A DNA stretch of 62,800 nucleotides, counting the filler, from Aduncisulcus paluster (taxonomy: Eukaryota), in the NCBI GenBank assembly GCA_024181965.1. It is 8 parts of 8 records of this genome, joined end to end, with 100 filler letters (N's around TTAATTAATTAA, not from the genome) between each part and the next. Parts side by side here need not be neighbours in the genome. Positions count along the whole stretch, not along the records: positions 1 to 28,930 come from BQXS01012324.1; positions 29,031 to 31,982 come from BQXS01012328.1; positions 32,083 to 39,067 come from BQXS01012329.1; 5 more parts are not named here. One strand, 5' to 3'. A model generated the notes under the pieces. It searched no databases, was not told where the DNA came from, and saw nothing but the letters and a program-made list of their open reading frames with translations. Below are positions 23,801 to 35,994 of the stretch, in pieces; positions within the stretch are counted from its first letter, which is position 1, and every line of letters starts with the position of its first letter. The translations under genes and the position numbers were made by a program.

Positions 23801-26800
23801 CGCACACAGTTGGAACTAACAAAGGAGACAAACATTCAAAAAAGTCATGATTTTCTCGTTCAATTGATCTCATTTTGATTCTATCTTTGTTCTGTAATTC
23901 ACTTCGTTTCAGCCTTTTTTGTTCATCAGATATGGCCGATTTGTTGATCTTTCGAAGGTTACGTTGACGTTCACTCCTCCAAGCAGTCTCTTGTTTCACT
24001 CTTTCCTGCCTAACCCTTGACCACAAAGCCATGCACACAGATAGATATAGAATATCACGTTGAGTTTGTATTTGTTCTTCTTTAGTATCTCTTCGTGCAG
24101 AATCTGGCCCATAGGACATTGAATTCATAGAATTTGATGAGAGAGACAAAGAATCACTGATGGCAACAGAAATAGAGAACAAAAAGGGAAGTTTAGGCGT
24201 GGAAGAAAGAGGAATCAAAGAAAGAAGGCTCGAAGCATGAAGACATTCAAAAGTAGTAAAAGAATTACTGAGAAGATCAACATTAGAAGATATTGCTCTA
24301 AATTTAGATTGAGAAAGAGAGTTATTCGTGTCATTTGAAATCATATTTGAGCCAATATTCTCCCTAAGATGTGATTTTTGTTCCTCAATTCTCAGTGTTG
24401 ACCATTCTAGGAATGTTTCAGCGACAATATACATCAATAATGACGGATTACATTCACATTCATGCACTTTAGCACGAATCCGATGACATTTGAATGGAGA
24501 TATGTTCAGAATCACACTCAAAAATGAGATCAAAGCCAAATTGAATTCTGAACAAAATATTGGAAATGTTTCTGGAACCTTTCTTGGATTTATACGTGTA
24601 TTTTTATCTTTCTGGACCTTATCTGAATCATTCCCAATCCTTTCCTTTTCAATTTTCTTCGATTGATATGCAGATTCCATAAAATTCCACAATTGCGTGA
24701 GTATAAAGGTTGAGGCATGCTCGTTATATTCAACTAAATGGAGAATAGCAGAATTAAGCATCAGAAGTATAGGATGTCTGAGAATATCATTCTGAGCTTT
24801 GATCTTCTCAAATTCTTTCGTACAACCACTTTCACAAGCACCAACTGTCAAAGAACATGGATCTTGCTGAATATCCATCCTATTTGAAGGACAAATATAA
24901 TTGTCAATCCCCAAGTGCAGACAATCTTTGAATGAAGATAACATTATCCATATATATAGAAAATCCGATTTCTTTTCATGTTTCGGGTCCAGTATTGATG
25001 ATTCATTTGCGGAGAGAGGAGGAAGAGAGGGGAGATCGATATCAGAAGACAACCAAGGGAAATCACTAATTTTTTGAACACCATCTTTAGGTTTTAGTAT
25101 TTTTACCAAGGAAGGAAGAAGAAGAATCCGTTCATGTTTAAACCTATTATATTCGTGGTGACCAGATACACTCCTTACAGATAATGGATCAGATTCTTTG
25201 ACTGAAGAGGAAATAACACGAGACACGTTCGGAGACACCCGAAATAGATGCGGAAGAATCAGAGCAAGGAAAAGAGAACCCAAGAATGGGAAATCACTGC
25301 TTCCTTCGTCAATGTTCCGTTCAGAATCAAGGAGGTCAAAATCGGACATTGCCGGATTATGGTTATATTTTTTGCGACGAGACAGTCTTTTGCGACGATT
25401 CTTTTCCCTTTTAAGAACTTCCAGAGGCATGCAGAGAGCGATATTTCCAGTTCCACTGCAAGTTGACGAATGAGAGAGAGAATGAGATGTTTTTGACAAT
25501 AGCGATGAGTAAATAGATAGAGAAATCATAGAATTGGCCTGTTTGGATAATTTTTCAAATTGAACGTCCGAATATACATCATATTTCACTGTTTCTCCTT
25601 CCACATCATCTAGAGCCTCTTCTTTCTTCTTCTTGTGTGGCTTTCCTCGAAGAACATGCAAAGCCATACCAAATGCTTTGAGAACAGGAGAACTTGAAGA
25701 GAGAAGAACGTGAGAGATGGAGTGGACATCGATGGGATTAAACAGACATATTTGGACAGGATCAGTGCTTGAATAAGGTGGAGATGAAGCATCATGCTCA
25801 GACAATTCCTTCTCTTCCAAACTCTTCATCAATGATTGACCGGATGAGCTCTGAGACTCGTGATGAGTTGAGCCATTTCCCTTTGTATCCGAATAAGTCC
25901 CAAAATAATGACTTGTTGTGGTCGTACTGCCTTCCGTGGCATCGTTCTCCGTGGAGGATGGATCGAGCCATGACGGAAGTGCCTGAGAAGTGCTAGGTTC
26001 ATGATGATCACGAACAGACTGAGATGGGAATACACCGAATGAAGGAAGTCCTTGCAAGGATTTCTGGGGATCCACTTCCTCACTTGAGGCTCTCGATATA
26101 TTCAGTGATCCGAATTGATCAATGTTCTGAGGGAAGAAAGGAGGTGGGAACTGTACAGAACTACTCGGAGGATCGAAACTGAATGAAAAAGCTTGGAACC
26201 CGCTTGAAGTTCCATTCAATCCATTGAATATATCACTAGATATTGGGACTTCATTCCCTTTTTTGATAGGATTCTCCGATGAGCTGCTTCCAAAAGTTTC
26301 ATCTTCATCAAAACTCATATTAAGTCTTCCAAATAAAGGAGCTTTGGCATCAGAATTAGGATTCAAATCATTTGAAGGAGAAATATCAAAATAATCTTTT
26401 TCCGCTTGCTCTTGCCCTGAAATTGTAGTTGATAAGACCTTTTCTGAAATATCATTCTTTTCCTTGCTTGTCTCAATTGAACTTAGCTTGGTAGAAACAA
26501 TATCTCTGATCCCAACTGGAGATATTACTAACCCTCCATGCCATAAATCAGTCAATGTATCACCCAAAGAACAAAAAGTGGGCAGTAAATGACCACTACA
26601 CAGGGACAAATTGTGATACACACTGAAGAATTGATCAAAATCACCTCTTTCAACCAGAGCAATCGATAAAAATGTATCCAAAGCTGTTAATACAGAAGGA
26701 AACAGCTTTTGAACGATGCATATGATCGATGTAGCATTTTTCTGCATGTAAATGAAATCTTCTGCCGATCTTTCACAGCTGACAATAGATAAGATCCAAT

Positions 26801-28930
26801 CGGACATATCACAAAGATAACATATGATTGTAATGAACTCTGATTGGTCCTTTGACACAGAAGACAGGGGAAGATCATGAAGGATATCTGAAGAAATTGA
26901 GGAAGATTCTCCATTTTTTTTGTGAGAAACATCCAAAGAACTCCATTGAGAGAGAGAAATCGACAGGATTCTCTTCACATCGTTTCGAACACCTTTGCAT
27001 CTTAGTACACTGCCAATTTGAGCAGCTGAACATAGAGCCAAAATACAAGAATTAACCAGATACGGGAGACAGGAGGAAGGACTTGGAAGGGCCTCAATGC
27101 TTGGGAATATTGCAAGGAAGAGAGATCCTGCCTGTGAATACATATCCGAGTGTCTCGATGAATGTTCTGGGTCTTGTGTCCTTGGTTCTCCACTTTTCAG
27201 AGAAACGATCATTTTTTTCTGCTCCTTTTCCCATAAATCACCAGCTACCAGAGGAGTTACACTGGAAGCACCGAAAGTGATAGACATTGACAGGAACAAG
27301 GGGTCTAGGGAATTAAATAAATGAGAGAGGATAATATATGAGTGGGGTGAGAGCTTGCGAGAGAGAATCCCGAGGGAACTGCTTCCAGAAACAATATCTA
27401 AAGGCTTTGCTATTTTTGGATCCGATTGAGAAACTGATGTGAGAGTTGGATCAACGTATGAGGAAGGAATTGATGATTCATGTGCATTTTTAATTCCACA
27501 TGTCACCCCATAAATAATATTTCGCATCGATTCGAAGACATGGAGCAAAAATAAAACCAGTAAAGGATGTGAAACGGCAAGAGATGTCATAGTGGCTGAT
27601 ATGGATGACTGAGATGGGACAGAAAATGTGAAATAGGGAGATAGAATAGCCTTTCTAAGAGTAGAGTTCATATCAGTCAGAGTTCTCTCCACTCGTTTCC
27701 CTGGTTCTCCTTTTGTTTCTGAGGAATCCAAACCCTCCTGCGCAAGGTGATCATCGTGAAGAATATTAGAGAATTTCAGTGAAAGACATGAACAAACAGA
27801 ACGACACAAATCAGACAAATACGATGTTTGTAAATGAATATCTTGATCTACAGTGGAGTGGGATATTATTTTCTTCGTTTCTTTGGACTCGAGCCCAGAA
27901 CCACCTGACCCAGAATTATCAACACCTTGCTTAAGGTCTCTGTGAATGGTGCATGTGGCAGCGGCATGACAGACTCCATGAAACATTGAATGGGTTGAAG
28001 ATTTGTTAAAGACTTCAAGAAACACCTTAAGCTTTATAATTAAAAGAAATAAGGCTTTCGCAGGAAGAGAATCAAGAACCAATGAAGGATTCATGTCTTG
28101 AGAAACATTCCTAGCTTGAGCTGAGCTAGAGTGAGCTTGAGAAGGCATTGTGGAATGTTTGTGAATAACAATATTAGGTTTCGTTTCGTGACGTTTCCGA
28201 ACAATAGTGATAGATTTAGTAGAGTGAAACCCTGAAATATCTCCCCTCATTCTTAGAGAAGAAGAATCTTGAAACTTTTGCCCTTGGTGACGAATCGACA
28301 GAGTTGGTTTGAATACAAATTTCTTGTTTTCTTTTTCCTCTTCCTTTTTCAGGATGCTCTGGCACATTGAATCCCAATATTCTTGAGAAACTCTAAGAAT
28401 AGATTCCATTCTTGATCTAATTTTATGAGAACAAGAGAACAATATTGATGAGAACAATGAACAAGAGGAAGAAGCAAGCGGAGGTTTCATTCCTTCACTG
28501 ACAGAAGCTTGGGAACTCGCAACACTCTCTTGACGGTCAGATATAGCTTTAACAGCGATATCGAAGAGAGATTTGGCGAGATCATGGGGCAGGAACATGA
28601 TACCTGCCATAACACAAATTCTCCTCTCAATTTCGTTCCACTCTTCCCCTTCTCGGATGTTTTCAATCCTCATTTGATCAACACAAAGACTTGGAGAGAA
28701 TGAGGAAAGAAGAGGAGAGAGCGATTTAAATGAAAATGGAGAATCAGTGCTTTCTTTTCCTCTTGATGAAGTATCTCGCCACATTACATTAAGAACTGGA
28801 TCCTCACAGAACAACACTCCTTTCCAAGCTCTCGTTTCAACATATTCTTGATCGGAATACATCAAGATGTCATCACCGCTAAGCTTCAAACATCGATGCC
28901 CGTTTATCTTTGCCTTACGAACATGTCTAA
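20869..28930 (-). CDS. PIKK-family kinase (ATR/SMG1-like), 5'-truncated by the contig end, interrupted by a duplicated scaffold overlap
   Basis: Catalytic loop LGIGDRHPGNLLL, activation segment NIDFSILFEKGRKLKVKERVCMRM, N-lobe VLPSITSPRLL..VMKNRVNLDD and FATC end NPENLWKMFAGWVPWI* (in ORF 20869-21591). About 21357-21594 duplicates 21615-21852. Confidence 0.85.
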
Positions 28931-29030
28931 NNNNNNNNNNNNNNNNNNNNNNNNNNNNNNNNNNNNNNNNNNNNTTAATTAATTAANNNNNNNNNNNNNN
29001 NNNNNNNNNNNNNNNNNNNNNNNNNNNNNN
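28931..29030. other. Artificial contig spacer (also 31983-32082, 39068-39167, 51826-51925, 53604-53703, 58570-58669, 60144-60243)
   Basis: Identical 100-nt N runs containing TTAATTAATTAA, which gives stops in all six frames. Confidence 0.97.
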
Positions 29031-31982
29031 GAGTATCTGAGACTGCCAGACTCCAACTATATGTATATTACTGCCGTGCCTGACCTTTCCACTCTTCCCA
29101 AATTACGAACTTTGAATTGGTCTTCTTACATCACTAACTTCTCCAATCTCTCCACAGCATCTTCGCTCCAGTCGATCGTGTTCTCATATCTTTCCATATC
29201 GGATGCCACCTCTTTTTCGAGTGTAGTCTCTTCCTTGACTGGTTTGACAGATCTTACTGTCTCTGTCAGTTCCCCAGGCTCCACGTTTGATCTGGGATCT
29301 GCCACAGATCTGAGATATTTCGAAGCCACCGGATCTTGGTCTGATATGTCTGAAGCTGTGTTACCTCCAAAAGTAAGGATGCTTACTTTAGCGGATATTT
29401 CTGTTACCACAGGTCCAGATTTGTCTTCCTTGACTTCTATTGAGGTTCTTGATATCGGATATTCTTCTAATCTCTCAGATATATCTTTCCTTTCAACTGA
29501 TTCTTGCTCTTCAATGAAGGAATTGATAATATCTAACAATAGTATCACTGATATTTCTCCTTTATCAAATATGGAGTATCTTCAGATTTTGAAAGTTAGA
29601 GGGAACAACATTTCTGATATTTCTGCTCTTTCAAATCTTGAATTCCTTAAAGTTTTGTATCTTCGTGATAACAATGTCACCGACATTTCTCCTCTCTCAA
29701 CTCTTGGGTCTTTGGAGTATTTAGATGCCGGAAGCAACAATATCAGTGATCTTTCTCCCCTTTCATCTCTAATTTCTCTCAATTTTTTGGGTTTGGGTAA
29801 CAACAATATTTCAAATGTCTCCTCTCTCTCTTCCCTTGTTGGACTTGTGTCCATGGATATTTATGATAATAGCATTGTTGATGTGTCTCCTCTGTCAACT
29901 CTTGAATCGTTATCTTATATATGTATTGAATCCAATGCTATTGTTGATGCCTCTCCTCTCTCCTCTCTAACTTCTCTAATCTGGCTTGAGATTTCAAGTA
30001 ATTCCATTTCAGACCTTAGTTTCATAGCTTCAATGACACAACTATGTGAGTTATATATTGGTGATAATGATATTTCGACCTTAACGGGTGTTGAGTTGAT
30101 ACCAAATCTGAGTATTTTGGAGGCGAGTAGTAATTCAATTTCTGATATTTCTTCTCTCGAATCGATATATCAAATGCTCTACCTCGATCTCACTGAAAAT
30201 GAGATTGGTGATATTTCAGCAATTGCTAACAACTCTCATCTGTGTTATCTTGAACTATCATTCAACCATATCAAAGATATTTCTTGTTTATCATTATTCC
30301 ATTCATCATATTTGGAGGAAATTAATCTCTATGAGAATATGATTAGTGATATTTCCCCTCTATTTGGAATTTCAAATGTGAACAAAGAATTTGAAGTGGC
30401 GATTGAATTATCCAAGAACTATATTTGCCTTGGTAATGTAGACGAGGATGCATTTTATGCCTTGTTCGATTCAGAGAACATTGAACTTGAAATATCAGAT
30501 CAAACTTGCCACTGCCCATCTCTCGACCCTGACTCTGAGAGCACCATTGCATCCATCTCTGAAGGCCTGGTGTGCTCTGAGACAGCTCCTTCATCCGAGA
30601 CTTGGGCTGTGACCTGCATGAGTGACTCATATTACACGTACTCTGATTCGGACACATTCACATGCACACGCTCTGCAGACTGTTCTGGTGGATGTAGATA
30701 TGGGTCCGAATGTCGTGCGAACTCCGATGGCACCCATTCGTGTGCTAGTGTTGTGCCTGATGTGGCCTTGCATGGGTGTGTGTCCGACATGATCGATGCT
30801 GCTGACAAGGTTGCTGTTGGCGATGGGACGTATGAGTTTGGTGTTGCTTCCTTGAAGAACATTTCTGCATCCACTTCTTTGACATGTCCATCGAGTAGTG
30901 TCTCCTCTCTTGCAGGTGTGGAGCACATTGGTTCTATGACAGCCATCGATGTGAGTTCGAATAGTATTGCTGACATCTCTCCACTCACAACCTTATCCGC
31001 ATTAGCAAGCATCGATGTGCATTCCAATCAGATCTCCGATGTGTCAGTTCTGATCAATGAGAATGGATCAACCACACCCTTGCCATCCGATGTGTTTTTG
31101 TCCCTCAACATCAGTGACAATCTGATCTGTGACATTGCCGATGTGAACTCTGAGCTGACTTCATACTTCACGAACTCATCTTTCTCCCTCGAGTCTTCCG
31201 AGTCTGAGCAAACATGCATGTGTTCTCCAGAACCTGATTTCAGTGAGAATGAGATTTGTTCCAAGAATTCTTCGGATACATGGGTGAGTCAGTGTTGGCA
31301 TGGTTATTACTTGGATGGATCTTCTGATTCTTGTCTTCTATTCGATAATATTCCAGATTCTTTCCTCCTGAATGACGTCTGCCTTGCCCTTGACCATGGA
31401 GCTCATTGTGACGACCTGACTTCTGACGACCTCCAAGATCTGACCTCCCTGAACACGTACTTTGTTGACTCCTTCGCTGGGCTTGGTGGTGCGACGAACC
31501 TCACGACGCTGTATGTGAGCAACACGTCGTCCGTGTCCAAACAGATGGGCACCAGTGACATCGAGCAGTTTCCCACGAGTCTTGAGACGCTGACGCTGAA
31601 TAACATCGACATTGCGCCGGACACGGATTTCTCGCATCTGACGTCTCTGCGTGCATTGTACTTGACCGTTGGCGACGTTTCTTCTGGCGACTACTGGGCG
31701 ACTCAGCTGTCCTCCTTGAGTCCTCTGTTCGACTCCGACAATAACTATGATGTCACTGTGCAAGGCATGTTCCCAGCCTCACTCACCACGCTTTCCGTTG
31801 CTGGACGCACGAGTGTCACGTTCCCCGCCTTCTTCACGAGTCTCGCCCTGTCCGATGGGTCTGCACTCCCAGCATTGACGACGTTGGATCTGAGTGGCAC
31901 CAATGTGATCGACCTCTCACCTTTGCCTGCGACTGTAACGTCTTTGAATCTGACTCAGAGGCTGATTGATGATGATTATCTC
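29031..31982 (+). CDS. Leucine-rich-repeat surface protein with Cys-rich interspersed modules (partial at both ends)
   Basis: More than 15 internalin/SDS22-like 22-aa repeats (LxxLxLxxNxIxDISPLSxL) and two NxIC..QTCxC Cys-rich modules. Frame is open across the whole contig. Confidence 0.85.
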
Positions 31983-32413
31983 NNNNNNNNNNNNNNNNNN
32001 NNNNNNNNNNNNNNNNNNNNNNNNNNTTAATTAATTAANNNNNNNNNNNNNNNNNNNNNNNNNNNNNNNNNNNNNNNNNNNNTGATAGGGAGTCGACCAT
32101 CAGGAAGAAAAAGAAAACTGTCATACTGGAAGAATCTGTCGAAGAAACGAAGAAGAAAGAAGAGGAAAAGAAAAGAAAAAAGCTTGAAGAGAAAAAAAGA
32201 GAAAAGAGGAGGAAAAGAAGAAAGAGAGAGAGAAGAAGAAGAAGAGCGTGCGAAAGGAGAAGAAACACGAAACGCCTCTTGAAAAATTGGAAAGGGAGAA
32301 ATTAGCTCTTGAAATTGAGGCTCAAAAGGTCAAAGAATTGGAACGCCGGAATAAGGAAGACAAGGAATTGAGAAGAAAGGAAGAGGAAGAGAGAAGAAAA
32401 GAAGAGGAAGAGA

Positions 32414-35050
32414 ACTGTCATACTGGAAGAATCTGTCGAAGAAACGAAGAAGAAAGAAGAGGAAAAGAAAAGAAAAAAGCTTGAAGAGAAAAAGAAGAGA
32501 AAAGAGGAGAAAAGAAAGAAGAGAGAAGAAGAGATGAAGAGAGCTGCGAGAGAAAGAGAGAAAGAGAGAAAGAGAAAAGAGGAGGAAAAGAAGAAAGAGA
32601 GAGAGAAGAAGAAGAAGAGCGTGCGAAAGGAGAAGAAACACGAAACGCCTCTTGAAAAATTGGAAAGGGAGAAATTAGCTCTTGAAATTGAGGCTCAAAA
32701 GGTCAAAGAATTGGAACGCCGGAATAAGGAAGACAAGGAATTGAGAAGAAAGGAAGAGGAAGAGAGAAGAAAAGAAGAGGAAGAGAAGGAGAGGTTGAAA
32801 GAAGAAGAGAGATTACGAATGTTTGAGGAAGAAGAGAGGAAAGAGATTGAAAGACAACAAATCTTGGAAGAAAAAAAGGATGAAATTATGTCACAGATAA
32901 CATTTATGGATAAACCCGTTCATTTCTCCTTCCTTCCGCCCTCTTTGGACCCCATTCCACTTCCCACGTCTTACGTTGATGAATTCTATGAGAATATTTC
33001 AAAGATATCGCCTCATAAGCGGCCTATTCTTCTTCTTCTCCCGTCTTTGCCTCTGTATATGGCCAACAAAAGGCCTTGCACAGTTGTTTCTAACACTGGG
33101 CATTGGGATCTATCCAATGGAAGTCGTGTTTGTGTCATGGAAATCCCTGTCTCTGACGCTGTCCTTGATGGGTGTGAGAAAATGCTTGAGTTCTGTGAAA
33201 GACTTAAAGATTGGGATTCTATGTCCGTTAAGCGAAAAGAGGATTGTTTGGATTATTGTTCTGAGATCTCATTGGATGGTATTTGGGATGAACAACAGGA
33301 AGACGATTTCAAAACTCTTATTGAAGCTTTCAATGATAGTTCATGTGTTAAAATTGGAACTCCTGCGGCAGACTTAGACAGAAGACGTGAGGAGATTGCT
33401 GGAATGGTGAAGAATTCTTTGACCTCCTTCCTTGACAAGGTGAGACATAAGAAAGCTCTAAAGGTGTGTGGAACCTGCATGTGGGTGAGTGACAGAAGAG
33501 TTCATGAGTTTTGTGTTGCGACCGAGAGAGACGGGTTGAGGATTGAGGGTGCCACACAGGGGTGGTGTATAAGCTCTAAAGATTGTCTTGAATATGTGTT
33601 CGCAAGAGAACTGTTTAAGGTGTATAAAGTATTGTATAATCAACCCAAGTTTATGCACTTGCACTCACGTCCTCCTATTATCGATGTGGAATCCATTGAA
33701 AGACCTCTCCATCTTGAGTCAATAATGGTATGCGAGAGCATTATTCGTCGCTTCCAGGGTGTGAACAGAGGGTATTATCTCCAGTTTGAGGATGTTATCA
33801 AAAGAATCATTCAATTTTTTTTCCAAAATCAATGGAGAAAGGAGAGAGAGAGGGAAATACAATGGAGAGACGCCGAGACACGACTATGGGAAGAGACTGA
33901 GGTGTATTGGAAGGAAGCTCATAAATCAAGAGGGAGTGAAGACGAGTGGAGGAAATTCTTTGTTAAGAATTATTCCCCTTCCAGGCCTTTCAATTGGACT
34001 CTCCCTTCGAAATACATGCTAATGTATGTCGAATATTGTTGTTCGATGCAGAAATCGGAATCTGCATTTGAATCTTTCGAAGATCTATATTTAGTCCCAC
34101 TTCCATCGGCTATATCTCTATTTTTAGAAAGAGCGAGAAAGATCTTTGTTTCTGTGTGTGGCACTCAAATCCAGATCGAGGAAGAAAAAATGAGGGCGGA
34201 TATTTATGCTGAACTTGAAGGGTGTGAAACTCTTGAGAGAAAAGAGGAGAGAGCGTTCTGTCAAGAATCTTGGTGGATAATGAGTGAATTGAAGGAGAAC
34301 ATACGAGCCAAGGGAAGAAAACTGAAAGAAAAGGAAGAAAAGAGAAAGAAAGAGGAAGAAAGGAAAAGAAAACTGAAAGAAAACAAGGAGAAAGAAGAAG
34401 AAAGAAAGAGGAAGAAGAGAGAGAAAGAGGAAGAAGTGAAAAAGCAAAAGAAGAGAGAGGAAGAAAAAAAGAAAGAAAAGGAAGAAGAAGAGAAAAAGCA
34501 AAAGAAGAGAGAGGAAGAAAAGAGGAAGAGAGAGGAAGAAAAAAAGAAAGAAAAGGAAGAAGAAGAGAAAAAGCAAAAGAAGAGAGAGGAAGAAAAGAGG
34601 AAGAGAGAGGAAGAAAAAAAGAAAGAAAAGGAAGAAGTGAAAAAGCAAAAGAAGAGAGAGGAAGAAAAAAAGAAAGAAAAGGAAGAAGAAGAGAAAAAGC
34701 AAAATGAGAAGAGAGAAAAGGCCGAGAAAGAAAGGCTTTCTGAAATTTCTCTTAAGAAACTTGAGGAGAAGTCCGTGTTTTTAAGATCAAAATTGGAACA
34801 ATTACAAAGAGAATATCGTGAGAGGGAAGAGAAATTCTGTAAATTTCAAGCTGATTTTACGAATGCCATTGTTCGAGAATTCCATGCTATTTCCTTGAAG
34901 ACTCAAATGTGGAAACAAGAGAAAGAAGGTAATGAAGGAGGAGAAAAGGTGAAAATGGGAGAAAACCCAACGGTTCCGAAAAAGAAGGAGAAAAATGTTC
35001 CACAGAAAAAGAAGATAAGGAAGAGAAGAGGGAAAAAGAATAAAAAATAA
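32414..35050 (+). CDS. Hypothetical K/E/R-rich coiled-coil protein with a central globular region
   Basis: ORF 32534-35050 extends upstream in frame (TVILEESVEETKKK). An imperfect copy of its start lies at 32115-32411, and there are tandem KKQKKREEE repeats at about 34420-34705. Confidence 0.65.
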   Translation, partial: TVILEESVEETKKKEEEKKRKKLEEKKKRKEEKRKKREEEMKRAAREREKERKRKEEEKKKEREKKKKSVRKEKKHETPLEKLEREKLALEIEAQKVKELERRNKEDKELRRKEEEERRKEEEEKERLKEEERLRMFEEEERKEIERQQILEEKKDEIMSQITFMDKPVHFSFLPPSLDPIPLPTSYVDEFYENISKISPHKRPILLLLPSLPLYMANKRPCTVVSNTGHWDLSNGSRVCVMEIPVSDAVLDGCEKMLEFCERLKDWDSMSVKRKEDCLDYCSEISLDGIWDEQQEDDFKTLIEAFNDSSCVKIGTPAADLDRRREEIAGMVKNSLTSFLDKVRHKKALKVCGTCMWVSDRRVHEFCVATERDGLRIEGATQGWCISSKDCLEYVFARELFKVYKVLYNQPKFMHLHSRPPIIDVESIERPLHLESIMVCESIIRRFQGVNRGYYLQFEDVIKRIIQFFFQNQWRKEREREIQWRDAETRLWEETEVYWKEAHKSRGSEDEWRKFFVKNYSPSRPFNWTLPSKYMLMYVEYCCSMQKSESAFESFEDLYLVPLPSAISLFLERARKIFVSVCGTQIQIEEEKMRADIYAELEGCETLERKEERAFCQESWWIMSELKENIRAKGRKLKEKEEKRKKEEERKRKLKENKEKEEERKRKKREKEEEVKKQKKREEEKKKEKEEEEKKQKKREEEKRKREEEKKKEKEEEEKKQKKREEEKRKREEEKKKEKEEVKKQKKREEEKKKEKEEEEKKQNEKREKAEKERLSEISLKKLEEKSVFLRSKLEQLQREYREREEKFCKFQADFTNAIVREFHAISLKTQMWKQEKEGNEGGEKVKMGENPTVPKKKEKNVPQKKKIRKRRGKKNKK

Positions 35051-35105
35051 TACTTTTCTAAACAGTGTTTAGTAAACACAAAACGCATCCACACAAGCAT
35101 TATAG

Positions 35106-35280
35106 TGTTGTGAAGCCACGGACATTATCACCACCATGTTCCGGTAGCCCACAGATGATTTTATTTCAATAGCCGTCTTCCATTCAGTATTGATTTATTT
35201 TTGGAAGACTGACAACAAATTAAGTAAAATACATGAAAATATCACCGATATGTAACGGTAATACCGGCAGCATCACAACA
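35106..35280. ncRNA. Candidate structured RNA or short TG..CA element
   Basis: Nested inverted repeats: TGTTGTGA/TCACAACA (35106/35273), CCGGTA/TACCGG (35141/35262), GTCTTCCA/TGGAAGAC (35175/35202) and TATCACCG/CGGTAATA (35240/35256). Confidence 0.3.
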
Positions 35281-35994
35281 TCAGCCGTAAAGATAACTTG
35301 TTGACAGGAAATCCATAAAAATGAAGACTGAAATTGATGTTGTTATGCTTTATAAATAATTAATGAGAACCTAATGAGATAAGGTAATATAATTATTCAA
35401 TGCCAAAGTATTTCAATGGCAGATGATGGATCTTGAGAAGAAGTATTCTATTTTTAGAAAATCTATTTTTAGAACAAACTTTGTTGTTTCTTTAGCTCAT
35501 AAAAAAGTATCAATGTATCATCAGATTTGAACGGTGTTATAGTACAGTGTTATCCAAATCCCAGCCACCCCATATTTATATTGATCAGCCTTTGAATGAA
35601 GCTGTTTAGTTTGAAAAGTATTATTAACCAGAACAAAAAACGGTCAGATAATTTGTTTTAAATCATAGAATCCGAAAATAGTTGCCCACTTTCTATTTTT
35701 AGAAATTCTATTTTTAGTCAAATAAAATAAATTCCTCCCAAATATCGAAAATATCCAATAATATCAAAACAAATTGAATGTTTAATAAATTATATGTTTG
35801 TTTCAACTGGATTATTGAATTTTACAAAATAATATCTAAAAAATATCCAACCCTCCACAATAGATAAAGAATCACAATATAAACACTATTTATCACGCTA
35901 TCGATGGCTCTAAGAATCCCAACATCAAAAATAACCAATATCCAAATAATAAACATGAACAATATTGAGAAACTATATTAATTCAGATGCCAAT

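Noticed and set aside
28975..28986. Palindromic TTAATTAATTAA repeated seven times
   Set aside because: Always centred in 100-nt N spacers; it is an artificial six-frame-stop linker.
32083..32413. Duplicated, frameshifted start of the K/E-rich gene
   Set aside because: Low-complexity purine repeats at a contig end; misassembly is more likely than a separate gene.
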